From Strigamia acuminata (Eukaryota), in assembly GCA_949358305.1 (NCBI GenBank), contig OX442314.1, positions 26,784,001 to 26,848,000 on the forward strand: a stretch of 64,000 bases of DNA, read 5' to 3'. Positions 26,201 through 38,510 of this stretch are shown in pieces. Below the pieces are notes generated by a model. That model made no database searches. It was not told the origin of the DNA and saw only the letters and a program-made list of their open reading frames with translations. A program made the position numbers and the translations under genes. Numbering within the stretch: the first letter of the stretch is position 1; each line of letters opens with the position of its first letter.

Positions 26201-29200
26201 GTGTCGCTTTTGCGGTGGTCGAATGTGGTTCATTCGCAGAGCGGAATCGGGTTGGTTGGTGTGTTGTTGGTCGCGATGTCGATTGCGGCGGGATTGGGGT
26301 TCTGCGCGCTGATTGGAATTATGTTTAATGCATCGACGACACAGGTGAGTTTGTTTTGTTTTGTTTTTTGTTTTGTTTTGTTTTGTTTTGTTTTGTTTGT
26401 TTATTTTTTTTTAATTTTTATTGTAGATTGTGCCATTTCTCGCTTTGGGTCTTGGTGTTGATGATATTTTTTTACTCACTCACACCTACGCTGAAAATGT
26501 AACCAATGAGATTTCTGTGGAGGTGAGAAATTTTTTTTTGTTTTGAATGAGTGTTTTTTGATTTTATATTAAAATTCTTCTTTTTTCTTAAATTTGATCT
26601 TGGATTAATATGTTTAGAGGTAAGTTATTCTATTTATGCGTCTAAAATGCATTTTTTTTACGTTTAAAATTCGTTTTTTCGTGTAAAATGTGTAAATTTG
26701 CACGAAAAAAAAATCATTTTTGCCTGTAAAATGTATACAATGTGCAAATTTACATGAAAAAAATCATTTTTGCCTGTAAAATTTACACAATGTGCAAATT
26801 TGCTTTAAAAAAATTGAATTTTGCCTGTAAAATGTATACAATGTGCAAATTTACATGAAAAAAATTGAATTTTGCCTGTAAAATGTACACAATGTGCAAA
26901 TTTGCATGAAAAAAATTGAATTTTGCCTGTAAAACGAGCAAATTCAGGTGAAAAAAATCTTTTTATGCAAAAATATCAAGAAAATCGGACAATAAAATTC
27001 TAAGAAATGTTTTAAATTATAAAAAAAAAAATAATATTCAAATTTCGACACAAACCTAAAAAAAAAGGCCCCAGAATTAGAAACTCATTAGCAAAATGAT
27101 TCTCTCCTAATCCATCAATTTCAAAAAGAAAAAAAAAACATACTTTTGAGGTCTCGACAGTAAATTATCTTTACCATCTGGCTTTTCACCAAATACATTT
27201 TAATTAATTTTTTATTCAAAAAAAAAATAAAAAAAAAAAATAAAAAAATTACTAACACGTGAAAATCCCTAAGGACTTGTACTAAATATTTTTTTTCCCT
27301 CATTTTCATTTTTTAGGAAGAAACCGGTGAATGTTTGAAGCAGACCGGTCTAAGCATCTTATTAACTTCAGTCAGCAACATGTTTGCCTTCTTCGCAGCT
27401 GCCATAATTCCCATTCCAGCCCTGCGCGCTTTTGCGCTCCAAGCCGGCATTTTAACGCTTTTCAACATCGCTTCGTCGTTGCTCATCTTCCCCGCCGTCG
27501 TCAGTTTGGATTTACGTCGAAGAGAGTCCAAACGCATCGACATTTTCTGCTGTTTCGTGAGGTAAACATCAAAACCCGAAGAAATAAAATCGATTTAATC
27601 AATCTAATCAATGCAATTCCAGCTCCCAAAAGGACAAAACCACGAAAAACACTCCGATATTACCCACGGTGGACCCTGCGTCGAAGCGGCACCAAACGGT
27701 GACCCGTACCATCTCGCCAGAAGGCCATCACGTGACGACAGTGCTCGCGCAAGACGATTCGTGGCCCGCGCAAGTGTCGTCGTCGCCGTCCGTCGAGTCG
27801 CTGGCCACGACTTGCACGTCGACGTCGACGAGGGAGTTGGTTTCGGACAAAGAGGAGAGTTTCAAGGCCCGGTGGTTCGACGGGTGTTTGGACACGCAAA
27901 AGTGCTATGTTTGGTCGTTGACGCGTTTCGCGAGGGATTTTTACGGACCGAGTCTGCAGAAAACGTCGGTTAAGGTGCGGAGTTGGTGGGATTTGTTTGA
28001 TTTTTTGGGTTTTTTTTTTTAAAAGTGGTTTTGTTTTGTTTGTAGGTTTTTTCCATGTTGGGGTTCATCTGTTTGCTGTCGTTGAGTGTTTGGGGCGCAT
28101 TGAGGGTGTCGAACGGTTTGGATTTGACCGATATTGTGCCGCATGATTCGAGCGAGTATCGGTTTCTGCGCGCTCAGAATGACTTTTTTGGATTTTACAA
28201 CATGTTCGCGGTGACTCAGGGAAACTTCGAATATCCGACCAATCAGAAACTGCTGCAGGAGTACCACGATGCGTTTGTGCGGGTGGAAAATGTGGTGAAA
28301 AATGACGATGGCGGATTGCCTGATTTTTGGCTCAGCATGTTCCGCCAATGGCTGAAAGGTATGTACATATTTATTTGTTTGTTTATTTATTTTTTAATAT
28401 TTATTTTTTTTAATTTTTAGGATTGCAAGATGCGTTTGATGAAGATTGGACAAACGGATGTATTTCGCAGGAATGGTGGTATAAAAATGCGTCGTCGGAT
28501 GGCATTTTGGCGTATAAACTGTTAGTACAAACGGGGCAAGTGGATAATCCTGTGGATAAATCACTCGTAAGTATTTGATGAAATCATTTTGAGCAATGTT
28601 TTATATTTTGGTAATTGATTTCTCGTAGTTTGTTACTTTTTTATTTACATTTTTTAAATTTTTATTCAATTTTTATACAATATTCATTCAATTTTTTACA
28701 AATTTTCATTGAATTCCAACATTTTATTACAAATTTTCATTGAATTCCAACATTTTATTACAAATTTTCATTGAAATCTCACATTTTATTACAAATTTTC
28801 ATTGAATTCCCACATTTTATTACAAATTTTCATTGAATTCCAACATTTTATTACAAATTTTTATTGAAATCCCACATTTTATTACAAATTCTCATTGAAA
28901 TCCCACATTTTATTACAAATTTTCATTGAATTCCCACATTTTACGACAAATTCTCATCGAATTCACACATTTTATTACAAATTTTCATTGAATTCCCACA
29001 TTTTATTACAAATTATCATTGAATTCACACATTTTCTTACAAATTTTCATTGAATTCCCACATTTTATTACAAATTATCATTGAATTCACACATTTTATT
29101 ACAAATTTTCATTGAATTTACACATTTTATTACAAATTTTTACTGAATTCACACATTTTATTACAAATTTTCATTGAATTCCCACATTTTATTACAAATT

Positions 29201-31439
29201 ATCATTGAATTCCCACATTTTATTACAAATTATCATTGAATTCCCACATTTTATTACAAATTTTCATTGATTTCCCACATTTTCTTCAAAATTTTTAACC
29301 TTTTCCTTTATTTGCAGGTGACTAAACTTCGTTTAGTGAACGACGACGGAATCATCAACCCGAAAGCCTTCTACAACTATTTAACCGCGTGGGTATCAAA
29401 CGATCCGCTCATATACTCAGCCTCGATGGCGAACCTACGTCCCGAGCCTAAAATGTGGATCCACGACGCCCGAGACTACGAACTGAAAATCGGCAAATCG
29501 CAGCCGCTAGTGTACACCCAATTACCGTTCTACCTCAACAAACTGAGCACCACCGAGCAAGTGACCACCACGATCGAAGCGGTGCGGGACATTTGTCAGC
29601 GCTTCGAACAACGGGGACTTCCAAACTTCCCGACCGGAATTCCCTTCACTTATTGGGAACAGTACCTGAGTCTCAGATTTCATCTATTCCTCGCCCTTTT
29701 GTGCGTCTTGGCCGCCATCTTTATCGTACTTTCGGTCGTTCTCGTCAATCCGTGGGCAGCCATGTTGGTGGTTGTTGTGTTGGCGGCCATTGTGCTACAG
29801 TTGTATGGCTTCATGGGGATAATCGGCGTGAGGCTGAGTGCTGTGCCCGCCGTCATTCTCATCGTTGCCGTGGGCATCGGCGTGGAGTTTACGGTCCATG
29901 TTTGCGTGGTAAGAGAAATTTAATTTTTCTTTTTTTTTAAATTGTTGTTTGATTTTTTATTTTTTGTTTAGGGTTTTTTGACGAGTATTGGTAGTCGGAG
30001 TAGACGGATATGTATGTCGTTGGAACATACGTTTGCGCCGGTTGTGCACGGGGGACTGTCGACGCTTTTAGGGGTTCTGATGCTCGCGTTTTCTGAGTTT
30101 GATTTTATTGTCAGGTAAATATGAAGGTTTAGTTTGGTCAGGCACGAGTGTTGTTTGGAGTTTTTGGAGGGTTGATTGGTGTGGCTTTTGGGGGAGTTGA
30201 ATTTTCAGATTTGCATTAGAAAAATTCAAATTTCCATTAGAAAAATTCAAATTTCCATTAGAAAAATTGAATTTCCATTAGGAAAATTAGAAAAATTCAA
30301 TTTCCATTAGAAAAATTAGAAAAATTCAATTTCCATTTGGAAAATTAGAAGATTTCAAAATTGCATTAAATAAATTCAATATTCTATTAATTAAATACAA
30401 AATTCCATTAAATAAATTCAATATTCTATTAATTAAATACAAATTTCCATAAAATAAATACAAAATTCCATTAAATAAATTCAATTACCATTTCCACACT
30501 AACAGTTATGCTATACTTTAATGCTTGTTGCATCTAACCTCAAACCAATGCATCAACGTCTCGCATTTTAACTCCAACGATGTTTTTCAACCATTAATTC
30601 GTGCCTGGTGGAATATAATTCATTATTTGAGTGAAGATTTCACCGAAAAATAATCTCCAAACGAAATAAATGCATAAATAAATAACATTCATGTTTTTTT
30701 TTTCTTCTAGATATTTTTTCTACGTTTTGTGCGCTTTAGTAGTCATTGGACTAATCAACGGTCTATTATTTTTTCCAATTTTATTATCCTTAATTGGACC
30801 TTCCGCCGAGGTACGTAAACAAAAACACAATTAAAACCTAAGGTTTGATCCAATTATTAATTGATTTAATTAATTTCCAAAGGTCATTCCCAAAGACAAT
30901 CCCGACAGGATCGCGACCCCGACCCCGGAACCGTCGCCGCCGCGCGTCAGGTACAAATGCAAGAAGAACAAAGCGGACTTGCAGCAAAACAGACGGATGT
31001 ATCCGTCGGAAATCTCCTTGTCGACGATAACCGAGGAGCCGCCATCTTGGCAGTCCTCGCACGAAATCGTCGTTCAACCGGAGGTGGTTGTGGAAACAAC
31101 TACGTCGTATCCTCGCAACGATGAGAAAAACAACGAGGTAATAATTGAGTTTGAAATAATTTTATTATGTAGAAATTATATAAAAATGAATTTTTGCAGG
31201 ATCCTTCAAGTACAAATATCCCACTAAATTATCCAACGGCCGTAACGACAAAAGTGACTGCAACTGCAAAGGTTAAAGTGGAAGTTCACACACCATTTCC
31301 TGGTAAATTAATTTATTTTTAAATTGATTTTAATTATTTATTGGATTAAAATTTAATTTATTTTTTTTATTTTTTAGTTGGTCTTAATAGGGAATCAAAT
31401 TATAAACACAAGAAGAGAAAAGATGGTGAAAGAAGATGA
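14755..31439 (+). CDS. ptc: Patched, Hedgehog receptor. Exons 14755-14793, 15095-15205, 15911-16103, 18409-18598, 21989-22058, 22135-22232, 23533-23647, 24084-24176, 25640-25761, 25835-26123, 26186-26344, 26427-26522, 27317-27561, 27623-27974, 28046-28358, 28421-28566, 29318-29908, 29972-30114, 30711-30810, 30883-31137, 31200-31302, 31378-31439
   Basis: Phase-consistent GT-AG chain with Ptc-specific motifs: [76 protein letters not shown], sterol-sensing domain [53 protein letters not shown]. The first coding exon ([13 protein letters not shown], phase 0) is inferred. Confidence 0.96.
16624..16765. mobile_element. Small palindromic MITE in ptc intron 3
   Basis: Inverted ends GTAGCTGCATTGAAAAATTAAAATA / TATTTTAGTTTTTGAATGCAGCTAC. 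Confidence 0.6.
17570..17769. other. Assembly gap (200 N) inside ptc intron 3
   Basis: Run of N. The flanking exons join in phase, so no coding exon appears to be missing. Confidence 0.99.
18755..19445. repeat. 18-bp tandem array (ATAACGAATTTTTTCAAC) expanded inside a MITE remnant
   Basis: About 28 copies. The right flank (TTCGTTATAACGAA...GGGTTTCTTGCGATT) matches the MITEs at 35140-35322 and 57287-57417. Confidence 0.85.
20520..21070. repeat. 31-bp minisatellite (ATGATAAATCTTTACAAAATCTGAGAAATTT)
   Basis: About 17 tandem copies. Confidence 0.95.
22330..22660. repeat. 41-bp minisatellite
   Basis: CATTTATTTTGTCTAAAATTGCAGTTTTATGCATAAAAATA-type unit, about 8 copies. Confidence 0.9.
22989..22997. 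promoter_or_regulatory. Perfect intronic Gli/Ci site
   Basis: GACCACCCA in ptc intron 6. Confidence 0.55.
24695..25325. repeat. 31-bp minisatellite with a 20-bp sub-array
   Basis: GATTAAATTTGATCAGATTTGATTGAAAATC repeats, with ATTAAATTTGATCAGATTTG four times at 25001-25080. Confidence 0.95.
26690..26945. repeat. 50-52-bp minisatellite
   Basis: TGCCTGTAAAATGTATACAATGTGCAAATTT... repeated about 5 times. Confidence 0.85.
28695..29282. repeat. 31-bp minisatellite (AAATTTTCATTGAATTCCCACATTTTATTAC)
   Basis: About 19 tandem copies. Confidence 0.95.
30205..30490. repeat. Degenerate 21/42-bp minisatellite
   Basis: AAAAATTCAAATTTCCATTAG-type units. Confidence 0.8.
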
Positions 31440-32724
31440 AGATATGATTAAAAAAAGACATTTATTATTTAATTTATGAATTTAAATGGATAAATTGTAC
31501 ATGATAATTTGTAATTTTGTATAAGAGTGGTTTTTTTGTTTTTGTTTTTATTTTAATGTTAATTTTGATTTTTTTTTTTAAATTTTAAATTATTTTTTCT
31601 TTTTCAAGATGGCTGGTTTTTTGTATGTTTTATATAATATTTTGATGAGATTTTTCTCAGTTATGGCAGCTTTTTTGTATCAGTATTTTTAAGATCAAAG
31701 TATTTGTCTACAATTTTTTTTTTTACATAAATTTACAACTACAGTGTTGTTGATTCTGGTTAATTTATTTTATGTGAACTGTTTTGCAATTATTTTTAAA
31801 TCATCATGTTTTTTATTGTTTATTTTTGTAAATATTTGAACACATTTCATCATTGTATAGTTCGTTTTGTAACAAATTTAATAATATATTGACAATATGC
31901 TTATATGTAATTTGTATAAACAATATGATTGTTTCTAATAGAAAATTATAAAAATAAAAAACAAATTTTAGTGAAAAGTAATTGATTTCTAAATAATTTA
32001 ACTTATGAATTATCAGACGTTTATTTTGTTATCATTGGGCGCCATTGCCAAAGCGGGACAAAACTTCTCACGAGGTGGCCGTGACCGTGACGTGGTCACG
32101 TGATCTCGGTTTAGGCAGGAAAAAACCACGAAACAACAATGGCTACGAAAAATTAACGAATCTTGTTTGTCGTGAGTCAATGAAAGCTTGCTAGTTTCTG
32201 CTTGATGATGCCCAATTATCAAGTAAGTAAAAACACTAATTCATCTCCTCTTTGACGCCATTGCGAACCTTTCAATTTTGTTCATCTTTCGCCATTGAGA
32301 TGATGTTTCCAAACGATCTTTTTATAATGTCTTATTCTTTAGTTACGGAAGCGCGGAAAATATTAAATACGAATTTTCCTAAATGGAATAAAATCAAATT
32401 TAATTGTCATAATTAGCCTACAATGATCTTTACGACCGTTGTTATTAATTTACAGCGAATTACAATAAACTTTACATTTCATTTAGGTACTACGGTACAC
32501 AATATTAATTACACGTAACTAGATCACAGATTTATGAAACAGATGCAAGTCAATTTAAATATACATTCAATTAACATGTACCTAATCTAAAATCTAAGAC
32601 GACTACTTAAAAGGGGGGATTAACAAACCTAACCTGTGTGTCTCTATACGCAAACCCATCTAATTTGAGCTAATTGTGACCCTTATGTCTGAGAAAACTA
32701 CATTGTCAGCAGATAATTTGAACA

Positions 32725-32930
32725 GTGAATGGAGAAAAAGTAGATATTTATTCAAAAAATGAATTTTTGGTCAAAAATAGAGAAAAAAGTGAATATTTGG
32801 TCAAAAATTGAGAAAAAAAAAATGAATATTTGGTCAAAAATGGAGAAAAAAGTGAATATTTCGTCAAAAATTTAGAAAAAAATGAATATTTGGTCAAAAA
32901 TGGAGAAAAAAGTGAATATTTGGTCAATAA
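32725..32930. repeat. About 30-bp minisatellite
   Basis: TGAATATTTGGTCAAAAATGGAGAAAAAAG, about 6 copies. Confidence 0.85.
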
Positions 32931-33678
32931 ATGTGGGAAAAGTACACTATAACGGTATTATTACGAATGTTATGTTGAAAAACCGAATATATAAAAAACA
33001 AATTCCTTTTTAAAACTGTGTAGTAACCGATTGGTTTTTTTATGTAGTAGTACAGTATATTCTTTAGTGTGTCAAAGCTAGATTGCAGCGAGATCAACGA
33101 GCCGAAATCGTAAATTGTTTATTCAATTTACGAAAATGTATATTAAAAAAAAATTCAGAAAAAACATTCTAATATTTATACTTGTATTAGCCACGTGGAT
33201 GTAAGATATGTTTCAAGTCTCACATGGCAATCATTCAAAGGGTTCAAATTTAGAACTGAATTTAGAACTAAACATACGCCATTATTGTTATAATACCTGG
33301 TAATTAAGAAAAATGTTTTTTAACAGTTGTGTAGCAATTTTGAAACAACTCTGGTATGATGAGCAATGAGAGACCAAACAATAAACCAAAGGCATTTGCC
33401 AAATCACAGAAAAGAGCTTCGAAGCTGTATTTAAGAATTTCAACATATTGCTCGATGAAATTTGTAGCTGGCTTTATTAAAACAAAGGCTCCAATTGATG
33501 CTTCAGGATTCTGAAAATAAAGATTTGTTTGGTGAACAACTTTCTTGCAAGTAGGCCGACAGTCACATTCTCCTTTTCTGCTGATATTCAGAGACAAATT
33601 AATGAATTTTGCCAAGACTTCTTTAGCTTCTGATGCAGACTTGCCAGTGTTGTATCTCGTTCACTAAATCGCGAACTA

Positions 33679-34024
33679 TACTCTGGTTCGACTCAAGAGT
33701 ATACCCTTCTAAGAGCCGCATCACTGGTGTAGTGATCCATAAATGTAGACCCAAACACAAGAAATGGATTCCAACGTGCAGCCATTTTTAATCGATAGAC
33801 TGTAGGTTACTTGATTATATTTTTTTCCAACATCACATGTTATTTGAGGCTGTTCCACAAGTGATTTGATGATTTGATGAAGTGATTTGATGCACAAGAG
33901 GCGCGGCCACGAGCTACGTGAGTCGTAAGTAGGCGAAACTACTTTTCCTAGTGGTAGTAATACAGACTGGAGTTAGGAGTGATGCGGCTCTTAGAAGGGG
34001 ATACTCTTGAGTCGAACCAGAGTA
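33679..34024. mobile_element. TA-target MITE nested in the hAT element
   Basis: About 55-bp TIRs TACTCTGGTTCGACTCAAGAGTAT..., inserted into GAAC(TA)GTTC with TA duplication. Confidence 0.85.
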
Positions 34025-34203
34025 TAGTTCTAGTTCTCGTTCATCACTGTTTTCAATTTTCTGAACTAGTTCTAGTTCCCGTTCACCCCAAAAATCTCAA
34101 AGTGAACTAAGTTCTAGTTCAGTTCTAGTTCAGTTCTAGTTCAGTTCACATTTCCAACATTTCCAACATTTTCCGCTTGCAATTTTTCCGTTTAGTCGAA
34201 CTA

Positions 34204-34885
34204 GGCGGCGTGATTTTACGGGGAACTCGCTGCTCAAGTTTAAATTGCTTTGCAATTTAGTTGCCAGATGGTAATCCGAATGTTCGACCGAATCCCAAAC
34301 CGAGATCATTTTCTCACAATCCTCGCACTGAAAACAATCTTCCGGCACCGGAACGACGTAACTACAACTCGCGTCTCCACTATTCACTCTCGAATTTTCA
34401 AAGTATTTTTTAATCCCAGGCGATTTATCGCTCATTTTATCCGTTTCCGGCGTCCCGGACACCGCACAGGCGCACAATGACGATTTTCGAAGCTTTTGCG
34501 TTCAAATTCTTCCATTTTCGACGCGAAAAATCCTTTGGTCGGAGTCTCCATCGACGTTTCGCTCGAATTCGAGTCCAAAATCTCGCTATTAACGATTTCT
34601 TTGTGGAAAAACGATTTAATATTTGCCATATTCGCTTCGACGTGATCTTGGAATCTTCCCGCGGAAACTCCCAAGCAATAAACCGGTGGAAACCTTAAAA
34701 TCGTTGGCGAGACGTTCGACGACTTCGATCGCGAGTTGGTCGACCCAGTGTTTGATTTCGTCGGGTTTTGTCAGCGCCGATTTGCCGGCGAAGTTTTTAC
34801 TGCATCCGGCCGATTTGGGCAGCTGGCGAGGCGTTACTGTTTCGTTCTCGATTCCTCGGCCCAAATCGAACAACCATGATTGGTT
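34204..34885 (-). pseudogene. POLH: DNA polymerase eta fragment: little-finger start, C-terminal tail, UBZ zinc finger
   Basis: WLFDLGRGIENETVTPRQLPKSAGCSKNFAGKSAL...WVDQLAIEVVERL, then PPVYCLGVSAGRF, FF motifs, and UBZ CEDCEKMISVWDSVEHSDYHLATKLQ. Spread over three frames with an internal deletion. Confidence 0.9.
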
Positions 34886-35139
34886 ATGACATGAAACGTC
34901 CGGTGAACGAACTAATTAACGAACTAGAACGTAGTTCGCGTCAAAAAAACGAACTTTGTTCGTTTTTTTCGTTCTTCAAAAAAAGCGAACTAGTTCGTGT
35001 TCTAAGTTCGCGAACTACGAACTAAGTTCGCGAACGCGAACTATTAGTTCTCGTTCGATACAACACTGAGACTTGCACATGTTTGTGAATGTATTATTGA
35101 TAAATGGTAACCTAGTAGATAATTAAAATTAAAATAATA

Positions 35140-35322
35140 CAGTCGAAACTGTTTATAACGAATAGCGATATAACTAATTGTCGATTTAACGAATACCAAA
35201 AAATCGCTGGTTTGGTTGGCTGGCCATAGAACACCATGTTAAAAAATTTCAATACAACGAATTCTCGTTATAACGAATCGATTTTCGGGTTTCTTGCGAT
35301 TCGTTATAAAGAGTTTCGACTT
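35140..35322. mobile_element. Tc1/mariner-type MITE
   Basis: TIRs CAGTCGAAACT..TTATAACGAA / TTCGTTATAAAGAGTTTCGACTT, TA flanks. Absent from copy B. Confidence 0.8.
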
Positions 35323-35642
35323 TATAATTCAATATGTCATGCGACTGCTAATAACTTACCGGCACGAGATTGATTTGAATAACTGGTGTTGAAAGCATTT
35401 GTCGTGGCATTGTATATATTCTTCTTCCTTTTCAATACATGGGCGTGATTTCAAATTCAGTGAAATTTTCTGCAAGTGTATTGAATTGGTTAAATTACTT
35501 TTAAGTGTTCTTTTTATGTTATGCGATTTTACATTAAAACAAGTAGTTAAACACTAATTTAATATAGCAACTGTATTCAGGTTTTTCTGGAAGGTGTAGG
35601 ATAATATGAGTAAAAAATTTGGCAGGGGAATGTATCCTCTTA

Positions 35643-37051
35643 CCGTATAACCTCGCATACAGTGCAAAATATTTATTGTGAATTTTGGACCTCGAATTGG
35701 GGGGGTCGCACTATACGCACGTAATAAAAAAAAATGTAACATAACGTATGTCCTACGTTTCGTATTTCGTCCGTACTACGTGCGCATTTCGTCCGTATAT
35801 AACTTCAGCCATCGCTGACAACACACAATACAACCATCCAACCGAACGACAATCTAACAATCGAATAATGCAAGAATCCAACAATCCAACCAACCGTGAA
35901 AACTATCCAAGCAAGACGTAAGGGTTTGTCGTTTGAAGCGGGCTTTAAATTACGTGTTGTGGCGTTTGCAGAGAAAAATAATAACTCTGTTGCTGCGAGA
36001 GAATTTGTTCTGTCAGAAAGTAATGTTAGACTTTGGCGTAAACAAAAAACTACACTGCAACAACTGCCCAAAATAAAAATTGCATCATCGCAACACAAAA
36101 TTCTATTCGTTTTCGAGCTCTTCAATTGAAGAAAGGTGAATGCAAGGAGACACTAGGCATTGCATCTTTTTTTGCTTTGCATGGGTGGTGCAACTGGTTT
36201 ATGCAACGCAAAGGATTAACATTGAGACAACGTATGAAAATTTTGCAGAAGTTGCCACAGCAACTTGACGAGAAAGTGGATTCCTTTCAAAAGTTCATAC
36301 TAAATTTACGGACGGTTCATGGGTATGACCTTTCCCAAATCGGTAGTATGGATGAGACGCCGATGTACTTTGAAACGCCTGGCAATAGAACTGTCAATGC
36401 AATTGGTGACAAGACTGTCCTTGTAAAAACAACGGGACATGAAAAAACTCATATTACCATTGTTTTTGCCTGCATGGCTGACTGAGCCAAGTTAAAGCCT
36501 ACGATCATATTTCAAAGGAATATAATCCCAAAGACTTTGACATTTCTACAAGGTGTCATTATTGCCGCCAATCCGAAAGGTTGGATGGATGAAGGTGGAG
36601 TACTATCGTGGCTGGAAACCGGAAATCACCCAAGTCGCCACATGGGTGAAAGAAGCATGGGATTCAATACCATCTGGAATGATTAAACGTTCATTTCTTA
36701 AATGTGGCATTAGTAATGCAATGAATGGAACCGAGGACGACGCCATTTACGAGAGCGAGGATGACAATCAAGATTCTGACAATGACGATGACGACGACGA
36801 CTACACTGCGGACACAATCCCTACAGACGAGTTCATAAAAGAAATGTTCAATGACTCAGAAAAGAAAGAAGAATTTTTTGGATTTTAAAATTTCCTTTTA
36901 CCTAAATAAATAAACTTTTCTTTTTCCATTGTTGTGGCACACCACTAACTTGCATTATACGTGCGTACACCATTTATTACAAAAAGGCGCCTTAAAATGA
37001 GGGGGGGGGGTCGCATTATACGCTGGTCGGATTATACACGAGGTTATACGG
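35643..37051 (+). mobile_element. Degenerate pogo/Tigger-family (PogK-like) DNA transposon
   Basis: TIRs CCGTATAACCTCG, TA TSD. Fragments of a Brinker-type DNA-binding domain (FKLRVVAFAEKNNNSVAAREF), CENP-B HTH end (GWCNWFMQRKGL) and DDE_1 (MDETPMYF, TTGHEK, NPKGWMDE), with stops, frameshifts and deletions. Confidence 0.9.
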
Positions 37052-37069
37052 TAGTTTATTCCTGGGTAA

Positions 37070-37948
37070 TACCATGTTCACACAACTCAATTCCACGGAT
37101 TCGAATTGGAATTCATTAAATAATGTCAGCAGTCTGTAACATCCCATTGTTGCAACTAAAACCCGGTTTGGTTTGATTGAATCACATTTTGGTATCAACA
37201 CAACTCCATCTAAGTAAATACCTGTATCGGAACTGTTCTGTTGGATCAGATCAGATCCAGCCAAACTCGATCCATTGGTTTGAACGGGACTCTATAATGC
37301 GCGCGATATTCTTATCCGCGACGTCGCGGGTAGGAATGTTGCTTCTATCCGTACCCGCGAATTCGCAGATAAGAATATTAAAAGTATTCTTATCCGCGAC
37401 AACATTGGATCACGTTATTTTAATCAGCGACGTCGCGTGTTTTAATAAATATTTTATTCCTATGCGCGACCTCAGTTCTTGTTGTTAGTTAATTAATTTA
37501 TTTTTTGCGTCCCTCTCTGCCCGGCGTTTTTCTCTGCTCGGCACCCCTCTCTGCCCAGCGCCATTCTCTGCCCGGTGCTCCTCTCTCCGCTTGGCATTCC
37601 TCTCTGCCCGGCGCCCCTCTATGCCCGGCGCCCCTGGGTTGCAGCCCAGTTAGCCCAATGATAAAGATGGCCCTGGGCACACCACACACGCTTGGCTGTT
37701 GCCTGCGCCGCAATTACGGGTGCAGCATCCTTCTCTTCCTCATTGGGCACATTCGCCACGGCCGTTGCTGTTGCCGTTGTCGCGCTTATGAATGTTTTCT
37801 CAAGTCGAAGAACGTCGCGGTTACGAATGTACAGCCATTCGTAACCGCGACGTCGCGGGCATAAACAGCGGTGTTATTTTCATACGCGAACGCACGGTTT
37901 GCGTGTAAGAATATCGCGTGCATTGTGGATCACCGTTTGAACATGATA
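37070..37948. mobile_element. PIF/Harbinger-like non-autonomous element
   Basis: TIRs TACCATGTTCACAC / GTTTGAACATGATA. TAA TSD confirmed by the empty site GGGTAAGGTTTAG in copy B. Related sequence inverted at about 43440-43570. Confidence 0.75.
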
Positions 37949-38510
37949 TAAGGTTTAGCCTCGGAATCCAATCCAAACAGGAAACACGAGAAATTCTGGT
38001 TTTTGTTAATCATGTGTTGTATTTTTGGAATTAATCTATAAAAAATTAAAATTATTTGTCATATAAGTATAATATATTTTACTTCGAAAGATGATATTTG
38101 CAGTATTGACATGGTAGAGAAATCGATGTTCCGTCGACTTGTCAGAATAGATTGGATTTTAGCTCCAGGTGGACGAAGATACAACTGCAAAATTAAATAA
38201 TAAAAAAAAACTTTATGCTACCCGATAAATTAAAATGAGAATTTCATCATTTATGCAGCATGTAGTAATGTGAGTGCGGAAAGGCATCATACACTATAGA
38301 TTGGGGAGAAACACATTATGGCGTAGCAAGAAGTCAACGGGCCCGTAACGTAAGCAAGTTGGGTTTGATGGATCCTTTATCACATGTGTAGCTTACAAAC
38401 CAGTAAGATTTTTCGGTACTTACAGGGTCACTTTAAAACCTTCATAGGTCCTAGGCATTTGTGTGAAATTTTGACTGTTTCTTTTGCGAATCTTTTGTAT
38501 TAATCTAGAA

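Larger units (their letters stand above)
33645..35068. mobile_element. Non-autonomous hAT element carrying a captured DNA polymerase eta fragment
   Basis: TIRs CAGTGTTGTATC / GATACAACACTG. Perfect 8-bp TSD AGACTTGC (33637-33644, 35069-35076). Subterminal GAACTAGTTC-type motifs. The empty site is visible in copy B. Confidence 0.92.

Noticed and set aside
34204..34885. Functional POLH gene
   Set aside because: No catalytic domain, frame breaks, and enclosed by hAT TIRs and a TSD.
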